Of a DNA stretch of 64,000 bases, positions 1-13,166 are shown in pieces. The notes below the pieces were generated by a model. That model saw nothing but the letters and a program-made list of their open reading frames with translations. It did no database searches and was not told where the DNA came from. Position 1 is the stretch's first letter; each line of letters starts with the position of its first letter. Both the position numbers and the translations under genes were made by a program. Origin of the DNA: Eledone cirrhosa (taxonomy: Eukaryota); contig OZ024741.1 in assembly GCA_964016885.1 (NCBI GenBank), positions 84,382,001-84,446,000 of the forward strand, read 5' to 3'.

Positions 1-449
1 TTAGTTATTATTTATCAATTGTTTTGATTTATCATTGTGTTTTTTTTAAATTCATTTTATCCTGCAATATTTATTTTAGATTATATAATTATGTTTATGC
101 ATTGTTTAGTAAACATATTTATTTGCCTACTATACTGTTTTGTAAAAAAAAATTTACAATAACCAATGTTTTTTTTTTGGTTTTTGTTTGTTTTTTTTGT
201 TGTTTTTTTTGTTTACACCTTCTTACTCAATAAAGTCCTCCTATCATAAAAGTTCTATCTTTTTTATACGAAAATCCGGTTTTAATGTTTTCGCAAGAAA
301 ATAAATAAGAAATTAATAATTTTTTATATAGAAAAAAAGAAAAATATATAAATCTATATTTGGATAATGTTCAATATATTAAATATTGAAATGTAAAAAA
401 ATCATAGAAACATAAGTGTATATATATGTATGTATATATGTACACACAC

Positions 450-482
<33 letters not shown>

Positions 483-484
483 CG

Positions 485-562
<78 letters not shown>

Positions 563-581
563 CGCACACATATACACACAT

Positions 582-633
<52 letters not shown>

Positions 634-3214
634 TAATGTAACCAACTTTGTTTTTACCTTTAGGCAAAGCGCTTGAAACTACTTGCAGATTTCTGTCGCT
701 TATTCTTAACATATTGTTATTCTCGTTATAGTGATGGAATATTTAATGGGAATGTGAATATCTCTATTCAGTTAGCTTGAAGAATTTTTCTTCTTTTTGA
801 TAATTTTTACTTGGTGCGTTCATTAGACTGCGGCCATGCCTCAGCATCAGCTGCAAGCAATTCTGTCAGTCACATCGACCCTAATACTTATTTGTTTTTT
901 CCTGTTTACTACATATTTTATCGATCTGTATTTAGTTTTCAGATGTAGAGACTGTCAACGTACACAAGAACACGGACAATCTCACAGAGACAAATACATT
1001 TTGGTGGGTTGTTTAGTTAGGATCAAACTGATTGGAAATAAATGAAAACTAATTGAAATTCTCAATTCTCTCCTATACCAGTGTAGTTGGCTTTATAAAA
1101 GGTTGTATGCCATTGAAGGTTTTTGCTGTACGTGTTTATTATAGTACTATCATGAAACGAACTTGAATGTTTTTCTCAAGAACCCAATATGCCGGGTAAT
1201 CCAGGAATTGAACGCTATAGTTTTGATGATACGCATGCTCAAACAAAACTAATCTGGTACTGAAGAAGAACAACAAAAACAACAGCAGTAGCAACATATT
1301 TTGCATAAACTCGATTCGACCGTTTAGGAAACGTGCTATGTCCCACGAATTTTATACAGTATATCTAACAGGATTTGAATTAATCCCCATTCGTCTCTCC
1401 GTCACACAATCGACTCAGTTTGTTGACTTTATACGGCTACCATATACGGCGGCGAATTAGCAGAGTTTTTAGGGCTTCGGATAAAATTCGTTCAGTATCT
1501 TTTAGACTTTCACCACTTTGATTTGAAAACAAACTGGCGTTAATTTTTCCTTTCATCTGTTAACATAACTTCCCCAGTAAAATACTGGAGCCGTTTCACC
1601 GTATCCCTCTCTATCGGAAATGGATACGTTGAAGGGGACAGACAATCTTGTTATGGCACCCAAGAAAACTTATTGCTATATTGAGTTTTGGTGACCCAGT
1701 GTATGTTTGTGTCAGTGTTCTATAGCAGCAGGAGTACAGTAATCCAACGTCCGATTCAATATTTACTCATTGATATGAATTGAAATGTTTTATTACAGAG
1801 ATATCCAGCTTCTCTGCTGGTATTCTGTTTTTTAAAAAATCCATTAACTTTGCTTCTTTTCTTGTGCAATCAGAAACGTGGAAAAGAATTTACAGCTAAC
1901 TAACTTCAGCTAACTTATTTCTCATGTGCAAGCATATCTCTTCTAGCAAATTTCCGATGCGAAATTCAAATATATCCAATATTTTTCTTTAATTACCATT
2001 TTCATGTCTAGTATCATGCTTTTACTTTGTCATTTTTTTGTTGTTGTTGTTAATGGTAATCTATTGCAGTGTTCTTAATGGCAAGATTGAAATTCTGTTT
2101 CAGTTTAATATTATTTTTTAAATGGATGTATATGATCGCATCACGTATATTGCTTCAATCTGGTTCGAATGAAAACCTAAAATATTCCATCCTAGCCCAG
2201 GCTCAAATACAAAATTTAGGTTAAAAAGTGGTATCAACCAGATTGTTATTTTGCAGAGAGTCTGATAAATGCACAGGGAACTGACATAACTCTTCTGTTT
2301 CAAGATATAACCGATGAATGCTGCTCATAGTTAAGCAATATTACTACGAATTCACATTCTGAAGAAGTGACAAACGTTTTACTGATAAGTGCACCAGCAT
2401 TTCGTTTCCTAAACACTTTAAGTGTGAGAGAACACTAGTGAATATACTAAAAGAAAGAGAGGGAGCCGGCCTTTACTACGTCTGACGATGCAGAAACTGC
2501 AATGTTGAAAACTGTGAATAAAGAGAAGGTGACGTTGATGTATAATGCGGTTGTTGAACATTTTCCCTTCACAGTTTCTATGTTAGAAAAGCGAGCTAAC
2601 AATTTCCCCATATTTTAGAAACGTAAAATTACAGAATTTCTGTGTATGCAATTGACCGTACAATTGTGAAGTAAAAATACGGATTATAGAATATAATAAA
2701 AATGTCTTACCTTCTCCAACAAAAAAAGATCCTGTGAAATATACACATCCACATACCCACAGCTAGAGCTTTCAAGGCGAGCAGAGCTTCTTCAACATTC
2801 TAGTTGCCAAAACCAGAAACAAAAAAAAAATTCCTCCGGGAGATTGAACACAGAAAAAAACTATGCCAAATAAATTTAGCAGTTATACAATTATATAACC
2901 AGCAGTTGTACCACTAAACCACCGAGCCTGTTTAAACATTTTTTTAAAGTTATATTACAAATATTAATCTTTAGAATCTATATGGACTTACCTACTGTAC
3001 AATTACGTATTGATTTGCTGAAGTGTTTTACATCGTTGGTTACCGGGTTCGGTTATTCTATCAATTATTAAAGACTAAAATTTACTTTTATTTAAATAAT
3101 TATTTTCACTTTTATCCGTACAAAAAAACAAATTTTCTCTCTCTCTCTCTCACTCTCTCTTTCTATGTATATATATATATATATAAGTATGTATGTCTGT
3201 ATGTGTATATAGAG

Positions 3215-3256
<42 letters not shown>

Positions 3257-3664
3257 GGAGAGACGGACTGACATGCCTACACAGATATTCACAGATATGC
3301 TCGGGAGGGTTGTTCAAATATACTCGAATATACATATACATTATCACCCCCGCCGTATGCTCTCAGCATCATTTTACATTACTTGATAGATCTTCAAGTT
3401 CAAATTTTGCTCGAGTCTCCCTATAATCCTACCGCAGTGGACAAAATAAACTACCAGATTTTTTTAAACTCATATTCTATCTCTGAAAACTTTATCGTCT
3501 TTCCTGCTTTGTGGTTTCTTTAAATATCCTTCTATACCGGCTTCGTTTATTCTCTCATTTTTCAGACACAACTTTTAATATTATTTATTTTCATATTTTC
3601 CCCTACAAACCACTAAATGCTATTAAGATTACTTATAAAAGAGGGTGAAGACCCATAAAAGACG

Positions 3665-3789
3665 GAAAAAAGAATTTGCCAACGACCGCTATGAGGAATT
3701 GAATCCCATATCTTCCAGATATATTCTAGCTACTATCTGAAAAATATGGGGTTCAATTCCTCATAGCAGTCGTTGACAAAATATTTTTC
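3665..3789. repeat. ~125-bp imperfect palindrome abutting the CRE-like fragment
   Basis: caacgaccgctatgaggaattgaatcccatat ... atatggggttcaattcctcatagcagtcgttg are reverse complements. Confidence 0.85.
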
Positions 3790-3792
3790 AAG

Positions 3793-4207
3793 GGTCCAAG
3801 AACGCCTGAGGTCTCAACAGTTACGGCGACCCGTACGAATAGGAAGCGGCCGGACAATCCCCGGTAATAGTTTATTTTCCTTTCCTTTGCAAGGCGAGCC
3901 ACGGTACCGATATTTGTGGCTGAATAGACTAAGTTGGAGGTGGAGAACGTGTCACAAAAGTTGGCGTCCCAGATGATGGATCTACCTCCTTCGAATGGGA
4001 AGAGGGTGATTCCATGGAGACGCTTGCCATCTCCGCGGTCAAGGCCTGCTGGCTCCAGTTGTGATGGAAAGACAGCTGCGTCCAGGCTTCTTCTCTGAAT
4101 GTCGTTGAGAGCGGCGTATTGAGGGGACCGGCCTGCGCTCAGGCGACAAGAAAAGGGATGCAGGTCGAATTTGTCAACAACCGCCCCGCAACGACATTTA
4201 TGTGACT
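3793..4207 (-). mobile_element. CRE-like non-LTR retrotransposon C-terminal fragment (CCHC zinc knuckle + restriction-like endonuclease), degenerate
   Basis: Manual minus-strand translation: HKCRCGAVVDKFDLHPFSC...AALNDIQRRSLDAAVFPSQLEPAGLDRGDGKRLHGITLFPFEGGRSIIWDANFCDT...ERKINYYRGL...FVRVAVTVETSGVLGP. This matches the CxC...HxxxC / RPDG / WD / KxxxY / VETxG layout of RLE domains. Confidence 0.8.
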
Positions 4208-5419
4208 ATCGCTTCAAAAGACAAAATTTCGGCTTCGTAGATCGTATACACACACACACACAAATACGCACACACACAAACACACATATATATATATATA
4301 AACATGAGAAGAAAGAAGAATACTGCGTGGTTGCACATGGGTTACATATGATAAAAATAGTCCTTCGAGAGTGATTTGCCAACCATCATTGATATTTCAT
4401 CGCATTAAAAATCATATACCTCAGGTTGGTGCGAGCAATAACTAAAAAAAGCTATTGGGACAAGTTATATATATATATACTCAATCTCATCTAAAAGTCG
4501 AGACAAGTATGCTTAATTGTTGTATTTGTTTTGTGCTTTTTTTATTTAATTTTTTTAATTAGGACTTCTAATATTTTCTTTGAAAGCAAAGTTTGTGTAT
4601 TGGCCTGTAAAGTACTACCGTGAAGAGGTCCCCACCCCCACCCGAGGGGCCCACATGGCATGAGGCAAGCTGATTATCTGACCAGTTTACCACTGGTAGC
4701 GTGTATATCGGTTTATTTTCCGTGGCATAGTAATATAGGTTAAGCATGTTTCAAGACAATTCAAATGAAGGCATTCTGTTTCCTTGTGCTTTCTTGTCTA
4801 ATTGTAAATTATATGCAGCGAAATGCTTCCACTATCAACAAAATACAATTTTGACATCGAACAATATTAATTATATTTTTTAACATATAGCGAGAAAAAA
4901 TATTAATCTATTAAGTACTGTCTACTGCACTTTTCATTAGTATATTGCATTATCAACCAAAAGTATAAATGATATAAAATAAAACATAATTATTTGTAGT
5001 ATCTATCTCACTAAGCATATGTATATATATATATGTATGTGTGTGTATGTCTGTGTGTGTGTGTGTGCGTGTACGTGTGTATATGTGTGTGTGTGCATGT
5101 TTCTGTGTGTGCGTACGTGTGTCTGTGTGTGTGTGTTAATAAATTGAAATATGGAAATTAGAACTTGTCTTCATATTTATTTATTTGGATACCAATACAC
5201 CGTTGGGTAATTCTATGCGATCCCAGTCCTCAGTTAGTCGGCTACAACCGACCTGGTGTGCTTAAGTTTATTGATTACAATGATGCAAGAGCAACACTTG
5301 CAATTAATTAAACATTGAAATAAGACATCTATATAAGCATATGCATACACACTCACTCTCTCTCTCTCTCTTTCTCTCTCTCACACACACACAGTCGCAC
5401 ATACAGATACACGCACATC

Positions 5420-5690
5420 CCCTCTTTAATAATGATGACGCCTGGATAAGGAAATTCACTAACAAAAATCCATTCGATGTCCCGATGGGATCATTTGATA
5501 ATGCTGATATATGCGATTTGGTGGGACTTTTTATCTTAGAGATACTACGGAAGAAATTCCCTGGCTTTCATATGCGCCTATATCATGATTACGATCTGGC
5601 ACTATCGAGCCATAAATGTGACCATGAGCTCGAAACATAAAACAAAAGCCTGATTGCTACCTTCATAAAGCTAGGCTTAAACATTTGTTA
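5420..5690 (+). pseudogene. Penelope-like element RT fragment (degenerate)
   Basis: FDVPMGSFDNADICDLVGLFIL...RLYHDYDLAL resembles the PLE RT motifs FDVTMGSxDGAExCELVG...GLYRDDGL; catalytic DD is mutated. Confidence 0.75.
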
Positions 5691-5977
5691 CTCTATCTAA
5701 CTTCCAAACCAATGCTAACTTCAGACGTTAAGTTAGTGTTGTAATTTGATTGGTGCATTTTGGAAAGTGTTGAAAAGTGTTTTCTAATGGACTACAGCAA
5801 CGCAGATTAGGACATTAAAATAGAAATGTTAAAATGACGATAACAAAGTTGTTAACGTGTTATTTTGTAGATGTTTAATTGGTCCTAATATAGTTCTGGA
5901 TGATGAATTCTTTTACTGTGTATGCGAGCATTTCAATTGTTTTCTGTGCCTACGTCTATGTTGCATAATTAAGCATT

Positions 5978-6190
5978 TCGAAAAGTATCCCGGTAACGTG
6001 TACAGCCTTGTTCTTATATTCGAAAAGTAGCTCGATAACGTGTACAGCCTTGTTCTTATATTCGAAAAGTAGCTCGGTAACGTGTACAGTCTTGTTCTAA
6101 TTATCGAAAAGTAGCCCGGTATCGCGTACAGCCTTGTTCTTATATTCGAAAAGTAGTTCGGTAACGTGTACAGCCTTGTCCTTATATTCG
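5978..6190. repeat. Minisatellite, 5 x 42 bp
   Basis: Unit tcgaaaagtagctcggtaacgtgtacagccttgttcttatat starts at 5978, 6020, 6062, 6104, 6146. Confidence 0.95.
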
Positions 6191-6678
6191 TAATCAATAT
6201 TTAGTCCATTTAATTTTCTTTTTCTGCATATTTTTTCATTACATATTTATGAATGAAAGGATAGAAAGAAAGTCATATAAAAATATATAAATAAATGTAA
6301 GACAGTTAGAAAGTCGGAAGGAAAGAAAAAAAAAGAATCCCAGAATAAAACATATTAGAAAGGAATTTACAAACTGACAGAGAATTAGAAGAATGCATAA
6401 AATAAAGTTAAAGAAGAAAAGAAAGAGACGTTGCATGAAAAACGTTCCAAAGAAATTTAGAAAGAATAAATGATAGAAACAATGAATGAATGACTGAAAA
6501 TGGAAAGAGAGGGAAACAGAAAATTAGAGCAAAAAGAAAGAAGAATAAATGAATGGAATAAATATAGAAAATATAGGAAATTGATAAAGAAAGACAGAGA
6601 TAAATGGGTATATCATTTGGTTTGAAAAGCGCGGGGTTTGGAAGATTTGTTAGAACATATTTGGTTTCTGTTCCTTAG

Positions 6679-6945
6679 AGGCGGCGCGTGGCCTAACCGT
6701 AAGGGTGTTGGACTTACGACCATAATTTTGTGGGGTTCGATTCCTGGGCTGGGTTGCGTGTTGTATTCTTGAGAGAAGCACTTAATTTCATGTTGCTCCG
6801 GTATACTCAACTTAGAATAAGTACATGGGGCTAACCCTGCAATGGACTGGTGTTCTGTTCAGGGGGAAATCATGTGCTTTCAGTTGCTTCAGGTCATGAA
6901 ACCGGGATAAGCACCGGCTTTTCGAGCCTTCTGGCTTAAGACTTT
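6679..6945 (+). mobile_element. tRNA-derived SINE (family B)
   Basis: A-box-like TGGCCTAACCG and B-box GGTTCGATTCC; homologous minus-strand copies at ~33955-34183 and ~46105-46372. Confidence 0.75.
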
Positions 6946-7568
6946 AGACTTTAGATCAATAGGATATGTGTTCAAAACCCGCCGCAATCAACTATGCTTT
7001 TCTTCCTTCAGGGTTCGATAAATTAATGTACTAGTAAATTCTTTAATCGATATAATCGACATTCCCTTCAACACAAAAGTGTGGCCTTCTGTATAGATTA
7101 GACTTCATTACTTGGTTTGAAAGATTGTGGTGCTTCCATTGAAGTTTTCATTGCGGAATCATTTCTAAAATAAGAGCTTTAAAGATAACACGACTTGACA
7201 TTTGAAATATGATAGATAACCCCCGGCGAAAATTCTATTTCTTTCAAAATATATCTCTAGTTTATAAATTTAGAAAACATGCCGATTATGAAGGCTGCAG
7301 TTTAGATTCACTCTTTTAAGTTTGCAAGTTAACTGGTCGTAAAAGATTTATAAAACGGAGACGATCCTTCAGGCTAAAAACACATAATCAAAGAAATGTG
7401 ATGCAACGGAATCTTACATTATTCGTTTATTGAGTTTGTGCAAAACAGAAAGTGAGATAAAAATAGATAGTTAGACAGATTGAATAATACATGGAGGATA
7501 GATACGGATATATATATATATACATTGTATGGGTAGACAGGGCCCATATATATATATATAGGTATATG

Positions 7569-7616
<48 letters not shown>

Positions 7617-8697
7617 GAATATATTTATGTCTATATATATGCATTTATATATGCTTATATAGAAATATAGATATTAATATATATATATATATTACATATA
7701 TATATAAACATATATAATTACATATATAAATAAATATATATATATAAGCAGACGTACATATATATAGACATAAATATATTTGTATATATATATAGAGAGA
7801 GAGCGGGGAGGGGGAGGGGGTGAGTTAGATAGATAGATTGATTGATCATAATACGAAGCCTGCCAAATATAGACGAGAATCAAGTTACTAAATGTTTAGA
7901 ACTAAAATAAAGGAAAAATTTAACAACAAAACTAAAAACGAAAAATGAATTGAAACAAAAATTCTCTAATAAAACCAAAACTTAATTGACTTGTCCGAAT
8001 ATAACAGAGATAGAGGGATGAGAATGGATAGATGGATAGAGAAAACTGTTATATAGTTATAGGAAATAAAACTTTAAACAGATTTATTGATAAGATAGAT
8101 TGGCAAACAATAAGATGAGAAAACCTTAAATGTTCCTTTGCAAGAGAATATAGTATCAAAGTTTAATGTGAAATTTAATTGTAAGATTCGATAATGTAAA
8201 ACAGATTTAGATGTTGATGTCAAGAAAAAGGTTGTTTTTTTTTTGTTGGGTAAATCGGTGTGTTCTAATTTGGCTTTAATCGATTAGGTTCTATCGCTGC
8301 CAGACAACAGACTACATATATTTACTACTAATTGAATTATTTCCGATAAATATAAATAATAATAATAAAGATAATAATAATAACAACAACAAATAAATAA
8401 ATAAAGTTTTATCTGCAGCAAACTCTGAAATCAGAAATCAAAAGAACTGTTCAAAAATGTTGTTGATTGAAATCTCTTTAAAAGTTATATATACTATCTA
8501 TTAGTGTGTTGCCTTGTGCTTATGTTTACAGGTATATATGTTTGTATATATCATTATAAGTATATGTATGATTGTGATTGCATCTATGTATATGTGTGTG
8601 TATATATAAATTAACTATAAAGATATAAAAGATACAGAAGCGAAAACGAACCCAAACCAAACAGTGAGTGTGTTTTATTATTATTTCTGGCAATAAT

Positions 8698-8888
8698 GCG
8701 GTGGGTTGGCAGGATCGGTAGAGGGTAGGACGCCATGCTTTGAAGCATAGAGTTACCTCCCTTTATGGTCTGAGTTCAAATCCTGCCGAGGTAAACTTTG
8801 CCTTTCATCCTTACGGGGTCGATAAAATAAAGTACCAGTAATGCACTGGTTAATTGCTGGCCTTGTGCCAAAAGTAGAAACAATTATT
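8698..8888 (+). mobile_element. tRNA-derived SINE (family A)
   Basis: GAGTTCAAATCC B-box followed by the conserved body ctttgcctttcatccttacggggtcgataaaataaagtaccag, which recurs many times in the window. Confidence 0.85.
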
Positions 8889-9129
8889 ATTTCTGGCAAT
8901 ATTATAACAAAATAACCCACCCCAAATATAACAATATATATATATAGTTAGGGAAGCAGAAAATTGCTTTTTGTGATCCAGTTCGTGGTTAAGAAAGCCA
9001 GTTTCATGGATGGTTTCAACGTACGGTTAGGGGTAACTCCACAAGTTTGTAAGAATTCCGTTCAATCTTGGAGTATAAAGTATAAAAGAAAAAACACAGG
9101 TAAGCATTAAGAGAAGGATTTTATCCAGG

Positions 9130-9231
9130 TATTTACGACCGTTTCATTGGTAAGTGCAACCTTATATTGCTATACTGCAAATGGCAGCCACTCAATTATA
9201 ATTGTTGTTCACAGTCCAAATTTTCAAAATA
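9130..9231 (-). ncRNA. Type I hammerhead-like motif (U3-A8 core variant) in a PLE-type terminal fragment
   Basis: Minus strand: UAUU-UUGAAAA-uUUGG...CCAAu-GAAA-CGGUCG-UA-AAUA. Stem I is only 4 bp. Adjacent sequence 9077-9138 is repeated in inverted form at 9644-9704. Confidence 0.45.
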
Positions 9232-9700
9232 GTGAATAAGTTACTCTTGAAATGGTTCTTAATATATAGAGAAAAACATTTATTTGGAATTGTATTTACT
9301 AGTATAGAGAGAGTGGGATCAGAAGGTGAGGGGACAAACGGAATAGTAGAGAGAGAGAGGAAGGGGGGAGAGTTAGGAAGTAGAGTGACAAACTGAGATG
9401 GAGGGGTGGGGTAGAGGTGGAAGGATTCCTTGATCAGTTTTTATATATAGACTTCATGTCGTGGAATGTAGTGTGTTAAAGAGAATTAAATTGATCATAG
9501 TGGGAGGGATGGATAGAGAGAGAGAGAGAGGGGGGGGGGAGATATAAAGAGATAAATATATATATAATAAAGATAAAGATAATAATGACAAAAATAAAAG
9601 CAAAGAAGGGGGGAGAAAGAAGAGAAGAAAAGATAGCCAAAAAGTCGTAATTACCTGGATAAAATCCTTCTCTTAATGCTTACCTGTGTTTTCTCTTTTA

Positions 9701-9753
<53 letters not shown>

Positions 9754-10062
9754 TGTTAACCCCTCTGTTGAGAACTCTATTCGATTCTTGCAAAAATATA
9801 CACAACTGAATTCATTCGCCTGATATAGGGGTTGCCTCCCTTGCCGATCCCCACGTGGGGTCAGCAATAGTCAGTCCTTGTATTAACATTGAACTAAAAC
9901 CTGTTGAAAAAGTGGCTTCCTTGTTCAATCATCTTACCAGAAGCCTGACATTATTTATGTAGGCGGACGGTACTTGATTTAGGAGCCGCAGAAACCCATA
10001 TACTGGATTTTACCAACCTTCCACGGGTCCGGGTAAATTTTCAATACCCGAATTACTTGATA

Positions 10063-10094
<32 letters not shown>

Positions 10095-10251
10095 CTATAC
10101 GAATGATTGTTTAACCATCGTCTCAGTGTGTTTGGCATTTAACGTTTGTTATAGCTCTGGTTCATCTGAATCATTGAGCACTTGCCGCACATCTCGGACA
10201 TTGTTTTTCGTTATTTGGTGGGCCGAAATGCGAATCTCGATAATTTATGTT

Positions 10252-10289
<38 letters not shown>

Positions 10290-10306
<17 letters not shown>

Positions 10307-11451
10307 GAGGATGTATGTATGTCTGTCTGTGTAAATCCCTAAAACTCGAGAAGTACCTGACCAATTTTTTTCAAACTTTACACATGCGTAACTTATATTG
10401 CTTGAAGTGGGATGGGCTAAAAACATTTAAACTGTTTCTGACCTAGGGCCCGCATGACACCAAAAAACGCAATTTTTATGACATTTTGTGGCGTAACTGA
10501 AAGATAATCCAGCCGATTTCCTCGAAATTTACAGCACACATTAGTTAGTCGACTCGCATTGCTGTGGACGAAAAGAATTTCCGATTCCTTTAATGGTTTC
10601 TAGGAAATTTACGAATTAGCATTGGGCATTACATGCCATTTTCATTTTCAATATAAACGCTACTTAAACATCGTAAGTATCGTATAATATTTCGTTAAAC
10701 ATTTGATTTATTTAACAGAGGACACAACACTTACTTGCTTTTAAGCAGGACTATATTATCGGGGGATTGAGGAAATAAGGAGGACTTTAAAATGTTGTCG
10801 GCGCCCTGTTGACGTTTTGTGCTTTCATCATCCGCAAATCCGGGCCCTGTGTACCTTGCCGTGTTATTGACACCGGAAAACTCACGTCTGTGCTGCTTCT
10901 ACTAAGACCTCTTTTGTTGCACATACACCGCAGTATGAACGCCCTGCGCAAGTACGCCGAACAGCGGCTGTGCTAATTCCACGGTGACCCCTTTTGTCGC
11001 ACCTTTGTTTCTGTGTAAACGCAGTGTAAGCAATGCCGCCCAGCGTTTGTGCTAATTGCACTATGACCCCCTTAGGCTGCATCTGCGTTGCCACGCTGAT
11101 TTCGTCATCTCAATATCGCTACTTAAACGTACATCCCAATTTGTTTTCACACAATTGACTAGGTCGCTCATTCAGACTGACGTGTGTTCCCCATCCGTGA
11201 AGAGACTTACGACATACATCGCCCCACAACACTTACTTACGCCTTTCGCATACAGGATTTCCGCAATCAGCCCACTGACACTGCTACTACTGGATTCGGC
11301 CTGCTAGTGTTCTACGTTTCCAGTAGATGAACAATCATTCCCTGAGAATAAGGGTATTCAACAAGTACACAGCTACACTCCTCAATCTTTGCATATGCGT
11401 GTTGCTATTTCACGTTTCCTACCAAAAGCAACGCCGGGTTCTGCTGCTAGT
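10290..11451 (+). mobile_element. Probable non-autonomous Helitron
   Basis: Starts TATATATAAAAC...gtatgtctgtctg and ends GCAACGCCGGG...GCTAG|T, typical invertebrate Helitron termini; no Rep/helicase ORF. Confidence 0.55.
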
Positions 11452-11682
11452 ATATATATATATTTGCGGAAGAGTGCTGTTTATCTCAGTTGTTACGTTG
11501 TAACCTATTGAGAATAAGCATGTCCTAGCCTTCCAAAACACTTAAAGTCAGTTGTTTATCCTAGGTAGGTGATTATCAGTGACGGAGTATTCATTTAGCA
11601 AATAATGGTAGTTAAGACGGGATTAATTCAGCATAATTGTTTATTGCAGTAAACAATTATGGAGAATTAATCCCGTCTTAAT

Positions 11683-11842
11683 TCGGACGCCATGCTTTGA
11701 CGCATAGAGTTACGGCCCTTGCTATTCTGAGTTCAAATCCCGCCGTGGTTAACTTTACTTTCATATTTACGGGGTCAATAAATTAAAGTACCAGTAATGT
11801 ACTGGTTAATTACTGGCCTCGTGCCAAAATTAGAAGCAATTA
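11683..11842 (+). mobile_element. SINE family A (5' truncated)
   Basis: Homologous to 8698-8888. Confidence 0.8.
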
Positions 11843-12722
11843 TATATATATATGTTTATACATATATATATGTGTGAATGTGTGCGTGTGTGTGTGTGTA
11901 TAAGAATGGATGTGTGTGAATAAGAATGGATGTGTGTGTACGTCTACATATATGTATATATTGATGCACATGTACAAATATATATGTATATTTATTCCTA
12001 CTAGTCTATCCATTGCTGAAACTCGATGTCAGTGACAATCTAATCAAAAGGAGGCGGCATTTCATGCACTCAGAGCGCGGAGGCCCAATTGAGAAACTGC
12101 AAATTTTACATTTAGCTCTTCAATACACCACCTGTTGGCTGGTCCGTATTTCTACATCGACAATATAAGGATGTAACGCAGAGCTGACATTACCAAGAAT
12201 TTATTTAGCCAGAACAAGTTTTCTTGCATTTAATTCAACACCCCGACGCCTCAGCCAAATCAGCGTCAGATTCCTTGCTGAATGTAACTAAAAAGGAGGG
12301 AGTGGTGCTAAAATAACACAATTTATGAATAATGTGTTGGTGTTAGTTTTGTTTATCCAGTGCTTAAACGCAAATGCGTATGTGTGTGAATTTACTAAGC
12401 CAGTCAAATACCTGAAACGATTTCCATTATTTGAAGATTAATATTCATTAGAAGTATAAACTATGTTTACATTTAGGACAGAGAAAAAATCCATCGACTT
12501 TATACTATGATATGGAATCCAGTTTACTTAGTCACTGCAGAACCGGTATAGTAAATATTATATACATTTATTATTTACACATATTCAAAGATTAAACAAA
12601 CAATTTCTGATTACGCTCTAAAGTGGGATCATCTGAGTTTCAGATACTAATTTAGCGTCAAAACAGAAATGGTTAACTTAAACTATTAATTCGTACTAAT
12701 AATAAATATTTTCTCTGTGGGA

Positions 12723-12802
<80 letters not shown>

Positions 12803-12808
<6 letters not shown>

Positions 12809-13056
12809 ATTAAATAAATGGAAAACTATATTTATAAAACCATATTTATTTCATTATATATATTTCGGGGATATCATATTAACAATATGCTATGCCTTCA
12901 TCAGACAAAATACAATATAAACAGTTCTATAAAACTGTTTATATTGTATTTTGTCTGATGAAGGCATAGCATATTGTTAATATGATATCCCCGAAATATA
13001 TATAATGAAATAAATATGGTTTTATAAATATAGTTTTCCATTTATTTAATATTGTA
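12803..13056. repeat. Essentially perfect ~254-bp palindrome (two ~124-bp arms, 6-bp spacer) flanked by (TA)n
   Basis: Arms 12803-12926 and 12933-13056 are reverse complements; same family as 23932-24142. Confidence 0.95.
12947..13012 (+). ncRNA. Type I hammerhead ribozyme motif (mirror copy on minus strand at ~12847-12912)
   Basis: UAUUUUGU-CUGAUGA-stem II hairpin (CAUAUU/AAUAUG)-GAAA-UAUAUA-UA-AUGAAAUA; stem I 8 bp including G.U pairs. Confidence 0.75.
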
Positions 13057-13166
13057 AATATACTCCAAATATTTGTCGAGTGCTTTTATATCAGTTATAA
13101 ATATTTACTAGTTGTAACCCAACAATTTTAAATATAACTTTACATATATATATATATATATATATA

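Noticed and set aside
371-712. Numerous ORFs rich in YI/IY, HT, CV, RE/SL dipeptides across the window
   Set aside because: Translations of (TA)n, (CA)n and (GA)n microsatellites; no coding evidence.
2482-2511. CUGACGA-UGCAG/CUGCA hairpin-GAAA hammerhead candidate
   Set aside because: Extra bases before GAAA and no convincing stem I or III.
5978-6190. CRISPR-like regularly spaced repeat
   Set aside because: Units are contiguous with no unique spacers, in a eukaryotic context.
6679-6752. tRNA gene
   Set aside because: A/B boxes are present but the sequence continues into a repeated SINE body; no clean cloverleaf.
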